The position numbers and the translations under genes were made by a program. From positions 1-54,684 of IMG/VR virus record IMGVR_UViG_3300010399_000045: a stretch of 54,684 bases of DNA; one strand, 5' to 3'. The notes under the pieces were generated by a model. The model saw only the letters and a list, made by a program, of their open reading frames with translations. It searched no databases and was not told where the DNA came from. How positions within the stretch are numbered: the first letter of the stretch is position 1; every line of letters starts with the position of its first letter. This document shows positions 24,716-34,592 of the stretch, in pieces. Origin of the DNA: a virus (Duplodnaviria > Caudoviricetes).

Positions 24716-25756
24716 ATGGCGCAGCGGGTGCGCGCGAACGCGAAGGAACGGGCAGCGGGAGGTGGGAACTACTTCTCGCTGGCCCGACAGGATGTCGAGT
24801 TCATCCCGACAGGATCCAAGCTGCTCGATCTGGCCTTGGGCGGTGGGTGGGCCGAAAGGCGTATCGCCAACATCATCGGCGACAAGTCGAGCGGGAAAAC
24901 CTTATTGTGTATCGAGGCCGCGGCGAACTTCGCGCGCAAGTACGCGAAGGGTGAGATCAGGTATCGGGAGACCGAGGCGGCCTTTCTGCCAGAGTACGCC
25001 GGTGCGCTCGGCATGCCCCTATCGCGGGTCGACTTCGGTGACCCACAGAAGCCTCTGGAGACGGTCGAGGACCTGTTCGAGGACCTCACCGCGATCGTCA
25101 AGGTGGCGAAGCGACCGACTCTGTACATCCTCGACTCGCTTGACGCCTTGTCGGACCGCGCAGAGATGGAGCGCGACTTCGACGAGGGTTCCTACGGGAC
25201 CCAGAAGGCGAAATACATGTCCAAGATGTTCCGCATGCTGATACGCCAGCTCGCCGTCAAGAACGTGACGATCCTGGTCGTCTCACAGATCAGATCGAAG
25301 ATCGGGGTCACCTACGGCGAGCAGACAACGCGCACCGGCGGTCGGGCGCTGGACTTCTACTGCTCCCAGGTGCTGTCGCTCGCGCAGACCGGCAAGGACG
25401 TGCGGACGGTCGGTGGCATCAAGCGGGTTGTCGGGGTCGACGTGCTGGGTCGGGTGAAGAAGAATAAGATCGGCCTGTCGTTCCGCGAGGCGGAGTTCAA
25501 CATCTCCTTCGGTTACGGCATCGAAGACGTTGCCTCGTGTGTCGCCTGGCTGAAGCAGGCGAAGGCCCTTAACCGCATCGGGGTTGACGGGCGAAAGGAT
25601 GCCGACAAGGAGTACCTACACGCGCTGCAAAAGAAGCCCGACAAGGAGTTCTGGGCCGAGGTCGCGAACCTGCACAAGGCCGTCGATGCACGCTGGCGCG
25701 AGATCGACGCCTCCTTCCTGCCGACGAGGCGAAAGTATGGACAAGAGCAGGCGTAG
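24716..25756 (+). CDS. recA: RecA/UvsX-like recombinase
   Basis: IPTGSKLLDLALGGG, GDKSSGKT, LDSLDAL, SQIRSKIG, GGRALDFY, VKKNK. Confidence 0.9.
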   Translation: MAQRVRANAKERAAGGGNYFSLARQDVEFIPTGSKLLDLALGGGWAERRIANIIGDKSSGKTLLCIEAAANFARKYAKGEIRYRETEAAFLPEYAGALGMPLSRVDFGDPQKPLETVEDLFEDLTAIVKVAKRPTLYILDSLDALSDRAEMERDFDEGSYGTQKAKYMSKMFRMLIRQLAVKNVTILVVSQIRSKIGVTYGEQTTRTGGRALDFYCSQVLSLAQTGKDVRTVGGIKRVVGVDVLGRVKKNKIGLSFREAEFNISFGYGIEDVASCVAWLKQAKALNRIGVDGRKDADKEYLHALQKKPDKEFWAEVANLHKAVDARWREIDASFLPTRRKYGQEQA

Positions 25757-26015
25757 AAAGCATCGGGTGGTACTCGAGATCACCATGGCCCGCGAGTGCG
25801 GACTCGTCGAGGCGATGCAAGCGCTGACCCACGCCCTCGAGCAGGGTGACTTTCGCTCCTGGGGCATCGACAAGGCGCTTCCGCTCGACTACCGCAAGAC
25901 CCTGACCAAGGTCGCCGGCTACGACAAGCAGTATCTGATCGACAACATCGAGGCGGCGATCGACACGCTGCGTGATGCTCGCACGCAGCTGGTGCGAACG
26001 GAGCCGCGGCCATGA
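25737..26015 (+). CDS. Hypothetical protein
   Basis: ATG overlapping the recA end. Confidence 0.55.
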   Translation: MDKSRRRKHRVVLEITMARECGLVEAMQALTHALEQGDFRSWGIDKALPLDYRKTLTKVAGYDKQYLIDNIEAAIDTLRDARTQLVRTEPRP

Positions 26016-26211
26016 GGCGGCCTCGGCCCATGCAGTTAGCGCCCAATAATCGCGCGCACCCGCTGCTGATCACCAGGCACATCCTCGACAAGGTCGACAC
26101 GGTCGGTCTCTTACGACGTGCTGATCAGGGTCATCAGCGATGGGTCGAGCGCTGGCGCATGACGCTGCGTGCCGACATAGCGCGGCGGAGCAAACCGAGG
26201 AGGCGGCACAC

Positions 26212-26643
26212 ATGAGCAGGGACGAGACCATTCATTTGATCGCGCTCGCACTGTCGACTCACAGCGTGCAGGTAAGCCTTGATCGCCTGGGCATCGGGTA
26301 TTCCCTGAACCAGGTCGCGGCGACCATCGCCAACCAGGTGGCTGCACATCTCGGTGAGGCTGAGGCCGTGTACGAGAGCCTGCACCAGGTCGAGGAGGCG
26401 CAGCGTACAGGCTCCTTCCCGGTGATGCACTTCGCGCGGGACTACGGTGTCGACTATGGGGATGTGCTGATCATGTTCGCGTACTACCTCCGAACAGACA
26501 GGTTTTACAGAATACGCAAGGCAGAGTTCAAGCGGCAGGAGTTCCTTGCGTCAAAGCGTCTGATGGATCATGATCCCGGTATATGCCACGAGATCGAGGT
26601 GCTGGCACAGGCCGAGCGAGAGCGACGAGAGAAGGTCATTTGA
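26212..26643 (+). CDS. Hypothetical protein
   Basis: GGAGG RBS, MSRDETIHL. Confidence 0.6.
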   Translation: MSRDETIHLIALALSTHSVQVSLDRLGIGYSLNQVAATIANQVAAHLGEAEAVYESLHQVEEAQRTGSFPVMHFARDYGVDYGDVLIMFAYYLRTDRFYRIRKAEFKRQEFLASKRLMDHDPGICHEIEVLAQAERERREKVI

Positions 26644-27257
26644 TGGCAAAGAAGGCGGCGACGCGCGTCAAGAAGCGATCGCGCAGCAAGCAAAAAGGCG
26701 GCCAGTTCGAGCGTGACACTTGCGTCAAGCTCTCCCACTGGCTCACCGGTGGCAAGAACAAGGACGTGTTCTGGCGAAGCGCCATGTCGGGTGGTCGCGC
26801 CACCGTCACACGACGCACAGGGCAGGCCGTGCGACAGGCCGGCGACATCTGCGCGGTAGCGGCCGAGGGTCATGTGCTGACCGATCGATGGTTCGTCGAG
26901 CTCAAGCACTACCGCGACCTGCAACTGGACCGCTTTCTTCTGCAGGGAACCGGCATCCTCACGCGGTTCTGGGACAAGGCACGCGAGGAGGCGCGATCGC
27001 ACGACAAGATGCCGGTCCTGATCGTCAGGCAGAACGGCTGGCCGGAACTGCTGATCATGCCTGACACCGCGATGATCGCCGCGGCCCCGCCGCGCGTTGC
27101 CATCTTGGGACGGGGGTCGTGCCGGGTGTGGATCCTCGCTGACTTCCTGCGGCGGGTCGCCATGTGCGCCGCATGTGGTACGCTGGTGGCGCGGCGGGTC
27201 ACCGGTCGCGGTATGCACAGATGTGCATCGTGCGCCAAGGTACAAGATGGGATCTGA
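26643..27257 (+). CDS. Holliday junction resolvase-like PD-(D/E)xK nuclease
   Basis: SKQKGGQFER...RSAMSGG...GDI...VELK. Confidence 0.8.
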   Translation: MAKKAATRVKKRSRSKQKGGQFERDTCVKLSHWLTGGKNKDVFWRSAMSGGRATVTRRTGQAVRQAGDICAVAAEGHVLTDRWFVELKHYRDLQLDRFLLQGTGILTRFWDKAREEARSHDKMPVLIVRQNGWPELLIMPDTAMIAAAPPRVAILGRGSCRVWILADFLRRVAMCAACGTLVARRVTGRGMHRCASCAKVQDGI

Positions 27258-27260
27258 GAG

Positions 27261-27653
27261 ATGCGCAGGTTACGGCATCTGAAGCGTGGGAGTTACTACA
27301 ACGAGGTGGCGCGCGGCACCCTGCAGGCCTCGGATCTGCAGCTGCTGCGTGATCAGGCCCCGGTCGCCATCTACCGGGCCGACGACGGATCGTGGCACGT
27401 GCGGGCCGCCGCCGAGTTCGACGACGGGCGTTACGAGGTGATGCCGGTGATCGTCCGCCACGTGGACGAAAGTAGACTATGGGCGTACCTGCGCCTGGGC
27501 TGGCACGCCGAGTATGTTGGAGAGAGAGGCCCGGGCAGCACCTACATGGTGTCCTGGATGCGGGCCGGGGACCCTGTCGAACCCGAGGAGGTCAAGCATG
27601 GTGGCACGAGTCAGGCCGGCGAACAGGGCGCCCCGACAGGCACCCCCACCTGA
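27261..27653 (+). CDS. Hypothetical protein (RHLKRG.YY...YRADDG..VR..EF domain)
   Basis: DUF1653-like motif. Confidence 0.55.
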   Translation: MRRLRHLKRGSYYNEVARGTLQASDLQLLRDQAPVAIYRADDGSWHVRAAAEFDDGRYEVMPVIVRHVDESRLWAYLRLGWHAEYVGERGPGSTYMVSWMRAGDPVEPEEVKHGGTSQAGEQGAPTGTPT

Positions 27654-27966
27654 ACTGCGGGTGACCATCCGCTTCCGGCGCTACGCCAGCACCGGGCCGC
27701 GCTACAGCGCGGTGATCACATCCGGCGATCGACACGTCGGAGACGTCGAATCCTCTCGGGTACCCTTCTGCGACGGCGCGCGGGTGGCGAAGGCGACCGG
27801 CCTGTTCCCAGACAGCACCCGGATCGTCATGGTGCGCGAGAACAGCGACGTTGTCGCGCTGCACGGCGAGCTCGGCAGGGTCGCGGGGCTGACCGTGTCG
27901 GAGAACGTGGTGCACCGTTTCGTGCCCTACCAGGCACGCCCCGCTACCGAGGAGGACGAGGAATGA
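27598..27966 (+). CDS. Hypothetical protein
   Basis: GGAGG RBS, MVARVRP. Confidence 0.55.
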   Translation: MVARVRPANRAPRQAPPPELRVTIRFRRYASTGPRYSAVITSGDRHVGDVESSRVPFCDGARVAKATGLFPDSTRIVMVRENSDVVALHGELGRVAGLTVSENVVHRFVPYQARPATEEDEE

Positions 27967-28165
27967 GCGCCAGCGCAGGTTCGGCGTTGCCGGCCCGCCC
28001 TGTCCTCCTCGGTACAAACTTGCCGCATGAGGTTTGGTGCACCCAAGGACAAGGCGGTACCTGCATCGCGGCCTTCGCTTCAAAGAAGGATGCTCGCGCT
28101 TTTCTGGATACTTGTGTTGCCAGGGGTGATGCCAGTTACGGGATAAGAACCAGGGAGAAGCTCTG

Positions 28166-28669
28166 GTGAGTAAACAAGTGGTACTGCGCCCGATTCTCCT
28201 CGGTATGAACAACCCGATCTCGGAGAACCCCGAGCACGCGCTCTACCCGCACCCGCCGAACTGCGCCGGCTGGCGGCTGTGGAAGATGCTGCAGGTCGGG
28301 CTCGGTGAACCAGTCGCCGCCGCTGCCTACCGCCGCGTGTTCGAGCGGCGCAACCTGCTTGAGGGTCGGAACTGGTCGGTAAAGGCGGCGCGTGCGCAGG
28401 CGCCTTTCCTGCTGAAGCAGCTCCGCGGCCGGCAGGTTGTAGTACTCGGCGCGCAGACCTGGGATTGTCTCACAGACTCCTGCCTACGGCCGGGACCGGC
28501 CCAGATCTGGATCAAACTAGCTGAGACCGGTTTGCCCACCACGCTGTACTATCTGCCCCACCCGTCAGGCCGCGACCGCTGGTACAACGACCCGCAGAAC
28601 TACGACCTCGCGGCCGACCTTCTCGCGAAGTTGTACTGCGATTACACAGAGAGCCGGGTACCAACATGA
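28166..28669 (+). CDS. Stand-alone UDG-superfamily-like protein
   Basis: LLGMN, VVVLG, LPHPSGR motifs. Confidence 0.55.
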   Translation: MSKQVVLRPILLGMNNPISENPEHALYPHPPNCAGWRLWKMLQVGLGEPVAAAAYRRVFERRNLLEGRNWSVKAARAQAPFLLKQLRGRQVVVLGAQTWDCLTDSCLRPGPAQIWIKLAETGLPTTLYYLPHPSGRDRWYNDPQNYDLAADLLAKLYCDYTESRVPT

Positions 28670-28792
28670 CCGCTTCCGACAAAGATCAGATCAGGTGCGA
28701 CACCTGCGATCAATGGGTCCACAAGGACAAGATCGCCGACTGCCAGCTGACGCCCTGCGGACTACGGCCCCGTCTCGATCGGTGGTGGACCG

Positions 28793-29194
28793 ATGATAAA
28801 ACCACCTGAGGTTACGAAGCACCCGCAGACCGGCGCGATGCTACCGACAGGTGATACCGAGATGGTTCACGACCTGCTGCAGTCTATTCTGCGGACGGCA
28901 AAGGTCGGTTCAGACCTCGCCGTGGAGGTGCTGCAGCTGAAGGATACCGTCGCTGACCTGGAGAAACGCAACGCGGATCTGAATGCAGAGTGCCTGGCCG
29001 GCATGACAGAGATCAGCCGACTCCGCGCGGAGAATATGACGGCAGAGGCTCATGCCGCCGAGCTTACCCGCGCACTGCGCAAGATCAGAGCGCGCACGTA
29101 CAGTTCAGATCGTTCCTGCCCCCTGACCGCCTTCGCCATCGCGGAGATCAGCGACACCGCAGCGATAGTCGCGGAAATCGACACTCAGGACTGA
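28793..29194 (+). CDS. Coiled-coil hypothetical protein
   Basis: ORF in gene-dense run. Confidence 0.55.
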   Translation: MIKPPEVTKHPQTGAMLPTGDTEMVHDLLQSILRTAKVGSDLAVEVLQLKDTVADLEKRNADLNAECLAGMTEISRLRAENMTAEAHAAELTRALRKIRARTYSSDRSCPLTAFAIAEISDTAAIVAEIDTQD

Positions 29195-29198
29195 GGCT

Positions 29199-29552
29199 AT
29201 GCTCGTGTACATCGGATGGCTGATTGGTTTCCCGATCCTGACGATCATGTTAATCCTCGCCAAAGTGATACCTAACGAATTTGGCCTGCTCGCGTTTCCG
29301 ATTTGGTGGCTCGGCGGGATACTGATTGAGGCTGCCAAGAACAAAGAACTGCTTGCTACCTTGTGCATGGGGGCAGTCATAGTCAGCGCGTTCGCCGTGC
29401 TGTTTGGGGAAACTTACCTGTGGACGGAGATCATACAGGTACCAGCATGGCTGTTGTTCTTGCTGATGCTGTCGCTCGCGCCGCGTTGGGGGTTCACTCT
29501 AATCGGCATTCAGCATCTTTGTTTGGTAATAAGTAGGAGACGGAACACATGA
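29199..29552 (+). CDS. Membrane protein
   Basis: Four hydrophobic segments; ATGA overlap with thyX. Confidence 0.55.
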   Translation: MLVYIGWLIGFPILTIMLILAKVIPNEFGLLAFPIWWLGGILIEAAKNKELLATLCMGAVIVSAFAVLFGETYLWTEIIQVPAWLLFLLMLSLAPRWGFTLIGIQHLCLVISRRRNT

Positions 29553-30559
29553 CCATCACGGCGAAGATCATCGCGGCATCCGCCCACCCGCACGGCGGCC
29601 CGCCGCTCTACACTCTGCAGCTCCGTTACCCCAAATTTATCCATGGTGAGGGGAAAACGCACCGCCTGATCCGGATCGCGGACAGGGCCTACGAACTGCT
29701 GCAGGAGGTCGGGTTTATGGACGACCCGGACCTTTCGCGCAACGCCTCGTCGTCCCGCGCGATCCCGGTCGAACGCATGATCCAGGACGTGATGGATGAC
29801 CCAGTCATCCCGATGCACTGGGGCAAGAACCAGCCCGGCATGCAGGCGCGCGAGGAACACAACGCACCTGTCATGATGCCGATGCCTGACATCGATGATC
29901 AGACGCATATGTGCTGCGACCGCCTGCATGCATGGCTGCGCGCGCGGGATCAAATGATCGGAGCTGCGCGCGCCTTTGCCAAGGCCGGCTATGCCAAGCA
30001 GTTCGTCAATCGCCTGCTGGAACCGTGGCTGCACATCAACGTGGTCGTGACCGCGACCGAGTGGTCCAACTTCTTCGCGCTGCGCTGCCACCCCGACGCG
30101 CAGCCCGAGATGCGCGCGCTCGCCGAGTCCGTGCGGGAGGCGATCGCACTTGCGACTCCGCGGGTGCTGCAGCCCGGCGAATGGCATCTGCCATATGTAT
30201 CCGCAGAAGACGAGCATCGGATTGACGAGTTCGCAGCAGGCGAAGAGGTGGCGGACGTCTATTCGCATGTCAGTGTTGACGAACGTTTGATCAAATTGTC
30301 GGTGGCCCGCTGCGCGCGCGTCTCCTACCTGACCCAGGATGGCAAGGTCCCGGCGATCGAGCAGGACCTCGCGCTCTATGACCGGCTGGTAGCTTCTGTC
30401 CCGCTTCACGCTTCGCCGTGTGAGCACCAGGCGACGCCTGATACGCAGGAGTGGGTCGACGCGGCTTGCACCAGAACTACTTGGGAGTATCCGCAGCTCC
30501 ATGGCAATCTGCGCGGGTGGCGCCAATTTCGCAAGACGCTGCCCGGTGAGTGCCAGTGA
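29549..30559 (+). CDS. thyX: Flavin-dependent thymidylate synthase
   Basis: THR...SRNASSSRAIP, WGKNQPGMQA, NRLLEPW, NFFALR.HPDAQPE, HASPCEHQA. Confidence 0.88.
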   Translation: MTITAKIIAASAHPHGGPPLYTLQLRYPKFIHGEGKTHRLIRIADRAYELLQEVGFMDDPDLSRNASSSRAIPVERMIQDVMDDPVIPMHWGKNQPGMQAREEHNAPVMMPMPDIDDQTHMCCDRLHAWLRARDQMIGAARAFAKAGYAKQFVNRLLEPWLHINVVVTATEWSNFFALRCHPDAQPEMRALAESVREAIALATPRVLQPGEWHLPYVSAEDEHRIDEFAAGEEVADVYSHVSVDERLIKLSVARCARVSYLTQDGKVPAIEQDLALYDRLVASVPLHASPCEHQATPDTQEWVDAACTRTTWEYPQLHGNLRGWRQFRKTLPGECQ

Positions 30560-30751
30560 ACCGTGAGGACCCGGAGACGCGGGAGATCAAGGAAGCGCGG
30601 CTGACTGAGTTCCGCCGTCAGTTCAGCGCGCGGGAGATCTCGCTGCACCTGTTCCGCGCCCGCCTTCACATGCTGGGCCTGCGCGGGCAGGCGATCCAGA
30701 ACGAGGTGTTCGCCAACTGGCCGCCGGCCGTCAAAAAGAGGAGCTGATAAA

Positions 30752-31045
30752 ATGATCACGTTTACCCAGTATCTGCTACCCGACGGACAAAAGCAGGAGG
30801 TCACGGTCGAGCGGCCCCCGGAGATCGAGGCGTTGGCGAAGCGCTTCGTCGACGCCGGGGGCAGGTACGAGGCTGAGATCCTCACAACCGGGCAGGTGTC
30901 GTTAACCGCCGTCTACTCGGTCGACGGCGAACCGCAAGATGTGATCATCAAGATCGGAGCCAACGGGCACGGCCTGCTCGACATGACCGACGACCTGATC
31001 CGCAGGTCCGTGGACTATCTAGACGGCAACGTCGACCCGACCTAA
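30752..31045 (+). CDS. Hypothetical protein
   Basis: AGGAG RBS. Confidence 0.6.
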   Translation: MITFTQYLLPDGQKQEVTVERPPEIEALAKRFVDAGGRYEAEILTTGQVSLTAVYSVDGEPQDVIIKIGANGHGLLDMTDDLIRRSVDYLDGNVDPT

Positions 31046-31074
31046 AGGAAGGGTATGTCAAGAGGAACGGACTG

Positions 31075-31677
31075 ATGCGGAGGTTTACGTTCGTGACCAC
31101 GATACCAGATCGCTGGAAAAGGATCCTGGGAGCCGTTCAATCGGCGACACCAGAGGCGCTGCTCGCCGGTGGCGCCCTGCGTGACCGCGTCATGGGGCGG
31201 GAACCCAAGGATCTCGACATCTTCGTGCCGTACAACAGCGTGCAGCCCGAGGTCGTCGAGAAGATGGACGCCGCGCTCGCCAAGCTGGGCTACCGCTACC
31301 TGGAGCCACCCGAGGTCGAGGAGGGTGCTTCGTCCGAGCTACCGGACGACGCCGTGATGAAAGAGGAGTACCACTACACCTCAGAGCATCCCGACGACCT
31401 GCCGATCAACATGATCGAGGTCGGTAAGGATTGGACGCCGAAGAAGCGTCTGTACCACTTCGACTTCGGTCTGTGCCAGATCGGCTACGACGGCGACCGG
31501 CCGATCGTGACCGACGCCTTCCAGCACGACAAGGACTTCGAGTGCTTCACCCTGTTGCATGCGCCGACCTGGCGCATCTTCTATCAGTCGCTGAAGCGCT
31601 ACCGGCGCTTCCTGGCGAAGTACCCAAAATTTCCGCTGGTGATCAAACCTGACCTGGTGTGGCCAAAGCCGGATTGA
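31075..31677 (+). CDS. Nucleotidyltransferase (CCA/poly(A) polymerase head-like)
   Basis: AGGALRD...PKDLDIF...FDFGLCQ. Confidence 0.75.
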   Translation: MRRFTFVTTIPDRWKRILGAVQSATPEALLAGGALRDRVMGREPKDLDIFVPYNSVQPEVVEKMDAALAKLGYRYLEPPEVEEGASSELPDDAVMKEEYHYTSEHPDDLPINMIEVGKDWTPKKRLYHFDFGLCQIGYDGDRPIVTDAFQHDKDFECFTLLHAPTWRIFYQSLKRYRRFLAKYPKFPLVIKPDLVWPKPD

Positions 31678-31693
31678 AAAAGGGAGCAAGCGA

Positions 31694-31891
31694 ATGGTGC
31701 GGGTTCGACCCATGATCAGGACGACGGTCGGCCGGGTTCGTTTGTGGACCGTGGACAACATGAACTGGGTGATGGCGCCCAAGTCTGTCGAGGTTGGTGG
31801 GACGGTCGTGTGGGCCGGCAGGACCTACAAGGTTGTACGCGCCGCGGACGGTACTCGCCGCGTGCGAGAGATTCGCGGTAGGGAGGCGTAA
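31694..31891 (+). CDS. Hypothetical protein
   Basis: GGAG RBS. Confidence 0.5.
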   Translation: MVRVRPMIRTTVGRVRLWTVDNMNWVMAPKSVEVGGTVVWAGRTYKVVRAADGTRRVREIRGREA

Positions 31892-31892
31892 T

Positions 31893-32255
31893 GTGACCTA
31901 CAAGGGGCGTACCGACACGATCGAGGTCCGGCGGCGCAAGCGGGCGGCGATCAACAAGCGGAACGGGCACGAGCCTGGTTACGCAGAGGAGGCCCTCGAC
32001 CTGTACCTGTCGGGTGAGCACATGGCCGAGATCGCGGAGGCCTTTGACATCGGCATCAAGACCATGCGGATCAGCATCGCGCATGCCGCCTTGTGGCGCC
32101 TGCTCGAGGCAGGTGGTGCCAGTACTCCGCGCGACATGTCAACAGAGCAGGTGGCGAAGAGCTCCGCGCTGATGCGGGAGGTGATCGCGCTGCGCGCTGA
32201 GTGCACAGCGCTGAAGCTACGCCTCGAACTGCGCACCGTTGGTGCACAGGCCTGA
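31893..32255 (+). CDS. Putative HTH DNA-binding protein
   Basis: LYLSGEHMAEIAEAFDIGIKTMR; GGAGG RBS. Confidence 0.55.
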   Translation: MTYKGRTDTIEVRRRKRAAINKRNGHEPGYAEEALDLYLSGEHMAEIAEAFDIGIKTMRISIAHAALWRLLEAGGASTPRDMSTEQVAKSSALMREVIALRAECTALKLRLELRTVGAQA

Positions 32256-32441
32256 TCCACAATGATCCCGCCGGCCTGGATCGCCCTGCACATCGGCTGG
32301 ATCACGATACTGCTGGTCGGAGGAGTTTCCATCGAGATTGGTCGACCTGTGCCGGCCTGGATGATTGTACACCTCGCCTCCTGGGCGGCGGTGATAGTAG
32401 GGATCGCCGCACTGATCAGCGCGAGGAAGGGGTGACCAAAG

Positions 32442-32693
32442 ATGCTCTCCATTTTTATCTGCCACTTCCTTCCCGGAGCACGTCGGCGTCGGCGGGCGGC
32501 AGCGGAGGCTTCAGTACTCGCCGTGATCGAGGCGAGTCCTGGTGGACTCAGCGCCATGCAAATCCAGGAAGCAACAGGCATCGGAACGGGCATGCTCTAC
32601 CTAGTACTCGACGAGCTCGAGGAAAGTGGCAAGATCAGCGGAGTATGGATGGACGAACCGTACCCCCGGCGACGGATCTACGTGAAAAGGTGA
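32442..32693 (+). CDS. Winged-helix (PadR-like) small protein
   Basis: IQEATGIGTGMLYLVLDELEESGKI...PRRRIY. Confidence 0.6.
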   Translation: MLSIFICHFLPGARRRRRAAAEASVLAVIEASPGGLSAMQIQEATGIGTGMLYLVLDELEESGKISGVWMDEPYPRRRIYVKR

Positions 32694-32699
32694 TCAAAG

Positions 32700-33224
32700 A
32701 TGCGACAGGCAATCGTCATAGCCGAGATCATGTCGGGCGGTCAGACGGGTGTCGACCAGGCGTTCCTGCGCGCGGCCGCTGCCTGCCGCATCCCGACGAG
32801 GGGCTGGATGCCTCGCGGGTACCTGACAGAGGACGGCCCGCGACCCGATCTCGCGCGACGGTTCTGCCTGGAGGAGCACCTCTCCGACAAGTACCCACCA
32901 CGGACAGCGAAGAACATCCACGAGTCGGACGTCACCCTGCTGATCGCCCCGTACAGGTTCGGGCCCGGCAGCAAGTTGACGATGACGATGTGCGAGTCCA
33001 TGAAGAAGCCCTGCTACCACATCGCCTCAGATTCCCTACACTCCCACTATACCGACGCGCGCTTCTATGCTGTTATAAGCTGGCTCAAGAAGGCAGCGGC
33101 GCTCAAGGGCGCGCTGACCGTCAACGGTGCTGGTTCACGCGAGTCAAGTCAGCCGGGCATCGGTGTCGCGGCCGAGAAGTTCCTGATCGCCCTGTTCAGG
33201 TACCTTGACGGGAAGCCGATATGA
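32700..33224 (+). CDS. SLOG-family (putative molybdenum carrier-like) protein
   Basis: SGGQTGVDQA, GWMPRG..TEDG, YPPRT.KNI.ESD.TL, NGAGSRES. Confidence 0.8.
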   Translation: MRQAIVIAEIMSGGQTGVDQAFLRAAAACRIPTRGWMPRGYLTEDGPRPDLARRFCLEEHLSDKYPPRTAKNIHESDVTLLIAPYRFGPGSKLTMTMCESMKKPCYHIASDSLHSHYTDARFYAVISWLKKAAALKGALTVNGAGSRESSQPGIGVAAEKFLIALFRYLDGKPI

Positions 33225-34243
33225 CCGTCCTCATCGCCGCCGACCTTCACCTCAGTGACCTGCCTCGTGACGAGTACCGCCACGTCTGGCAAGAGTGGCT
33301 CCGCGCGCAGGTGAAGCACCACCGAGTCACGCGTGTGCTGATTCTCGGCGACCTTACCGAACAGAAGGGGCGCCATTCAGCGCAGCTGGTCAACCGGATC
33401 GTTGACCACATGGCGCGACTGGCGGCCATGTGCCCTGTCACCTTCCTGCGCGGCAACCACGACGGGTTCTCGCCTGACAACCCGTTCTTCGGGTTCCTGC
33501 GCGAGATCGAGAACATCGACTGGATCAACGATCCGTCCAGTGCCGACTACCCAGAGCTCGGCCGGTGCCTGTTCCTGCCGCATAGTTCGCGCCCTGAGAT
33601 CGATTGGGTAACCGCGCTGGAGGCAGCCTATCCGCCACGGTGGGTGTTCGCCCACGCGACATTCGCCGGTGCCAAGGGTGAGTCGGGGAGGGAGCTTCAC
33701 GGCGTGGCGCAGGAGCCACTGCACCGTTTCCGGGCACCCATCATCGCGGGGGACGTGCACGTGCCGCAGGTCATCGGCAAGGTCCAGTATGTCGGTGCCC
33801 CGTACACCATCGACTTCGGCGACGCCTACCGCGGTCAGGTGCTGCTGGTCGAAGGCGACCGGCCGAAGGACAAGCCGCGGCAGCTGATCTACAACGGTCC
33901 GCAGAAGATGCTGGTGGACTCGGAGCTGCTCCTATCAGGCAACATCGGGGCCCCTCAGTACGCCGGCTGGGTCGTCAAGGCACGGGTGCATCTGCGGGCC
34001 GTCGACCGCGATAGGTTTCCTGACATCCGACGCAGGCTGGTTGAACGCGCAGGGGAACTCGGCCTCGAACTGCATTCCGTCGAACCTGTGATCGCGGCAC
34101 CCGACAGGCCGCCGGCCGGCACCCCGGTACCGCGCGCGCGAAAGCGCGACGACGAACGCCTGATCGCCGAGTATGCACAGCGTAGGGGCCTGCCCGCAGC
34201 GACGCTGAAGACGGGCCTGCGGATCGCAAAGGAGACGTCATGA
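33221..34243 (+). CDS. SbcD/Mre11-like metallophosphoesterase nuclease
   Basis: ADLHL, LGDL, RGNHD, GDVHVPQ, YVGAP. Confidence 0.88.
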   Translation: MTVLIAADLHLSDLPRDEYRHVWQEWLRAQVKHHRVTRVLILGDLTEQKGRHSAQLVNRIVDHMARLAAMCPVTFLRGNHDGFSPDNPFFGFLREIENIDWINDPSSADYPELGRCLFLPHSSRPEIDWVTALEAAYPPRWVFAHATFAGAKGESGRELHGVAQEPLHRFRAPIIAGDVHVPQVIGKVQYVGAPYTIDFGDAYRGQVLLVEGDRPKDKPRQLIYNGPQKMLVDSELLLSGNIGAPQYAGWVVKARVHLRAVDRDRFPDIRRRLVERAGELGLELHSVEPVIAAPDRPPAGTPVPRARKRDDERLIAEYAQRRGLPAATLKTGLRIAKETS

Positions 34244-34592
34244 AGTTGTCAGTACTAATGGTTCTCGCGGCGGTCACCGGAGGTGTGGACGAGCCCGCAC
34301 TAACCTGCGACCAGCGATTGATGATACTGCACGAAAACTCTGTCAGGCTGGCGACGCGTTCCTTCCTGTTCGGCCACGCCTGCGCCAGGAGTGGAGAGTC
34401 TGTCAAGGTCTGCTCGGAGCAATTCCTCGCTGCGACGAGCAGCTTACCGTGAGAACCCGCTTCTTCAGGAGGATAAAACTGTGCTCGCCCTTGAAATCAT
34501 CGGCGCTTTGGTCATTGCCGTGCTTATTGGACTCGGCGTGACGAAGTATCTCGAACGTCGCAACCACCAACTCAACCGAAGGAAATAAGCTC

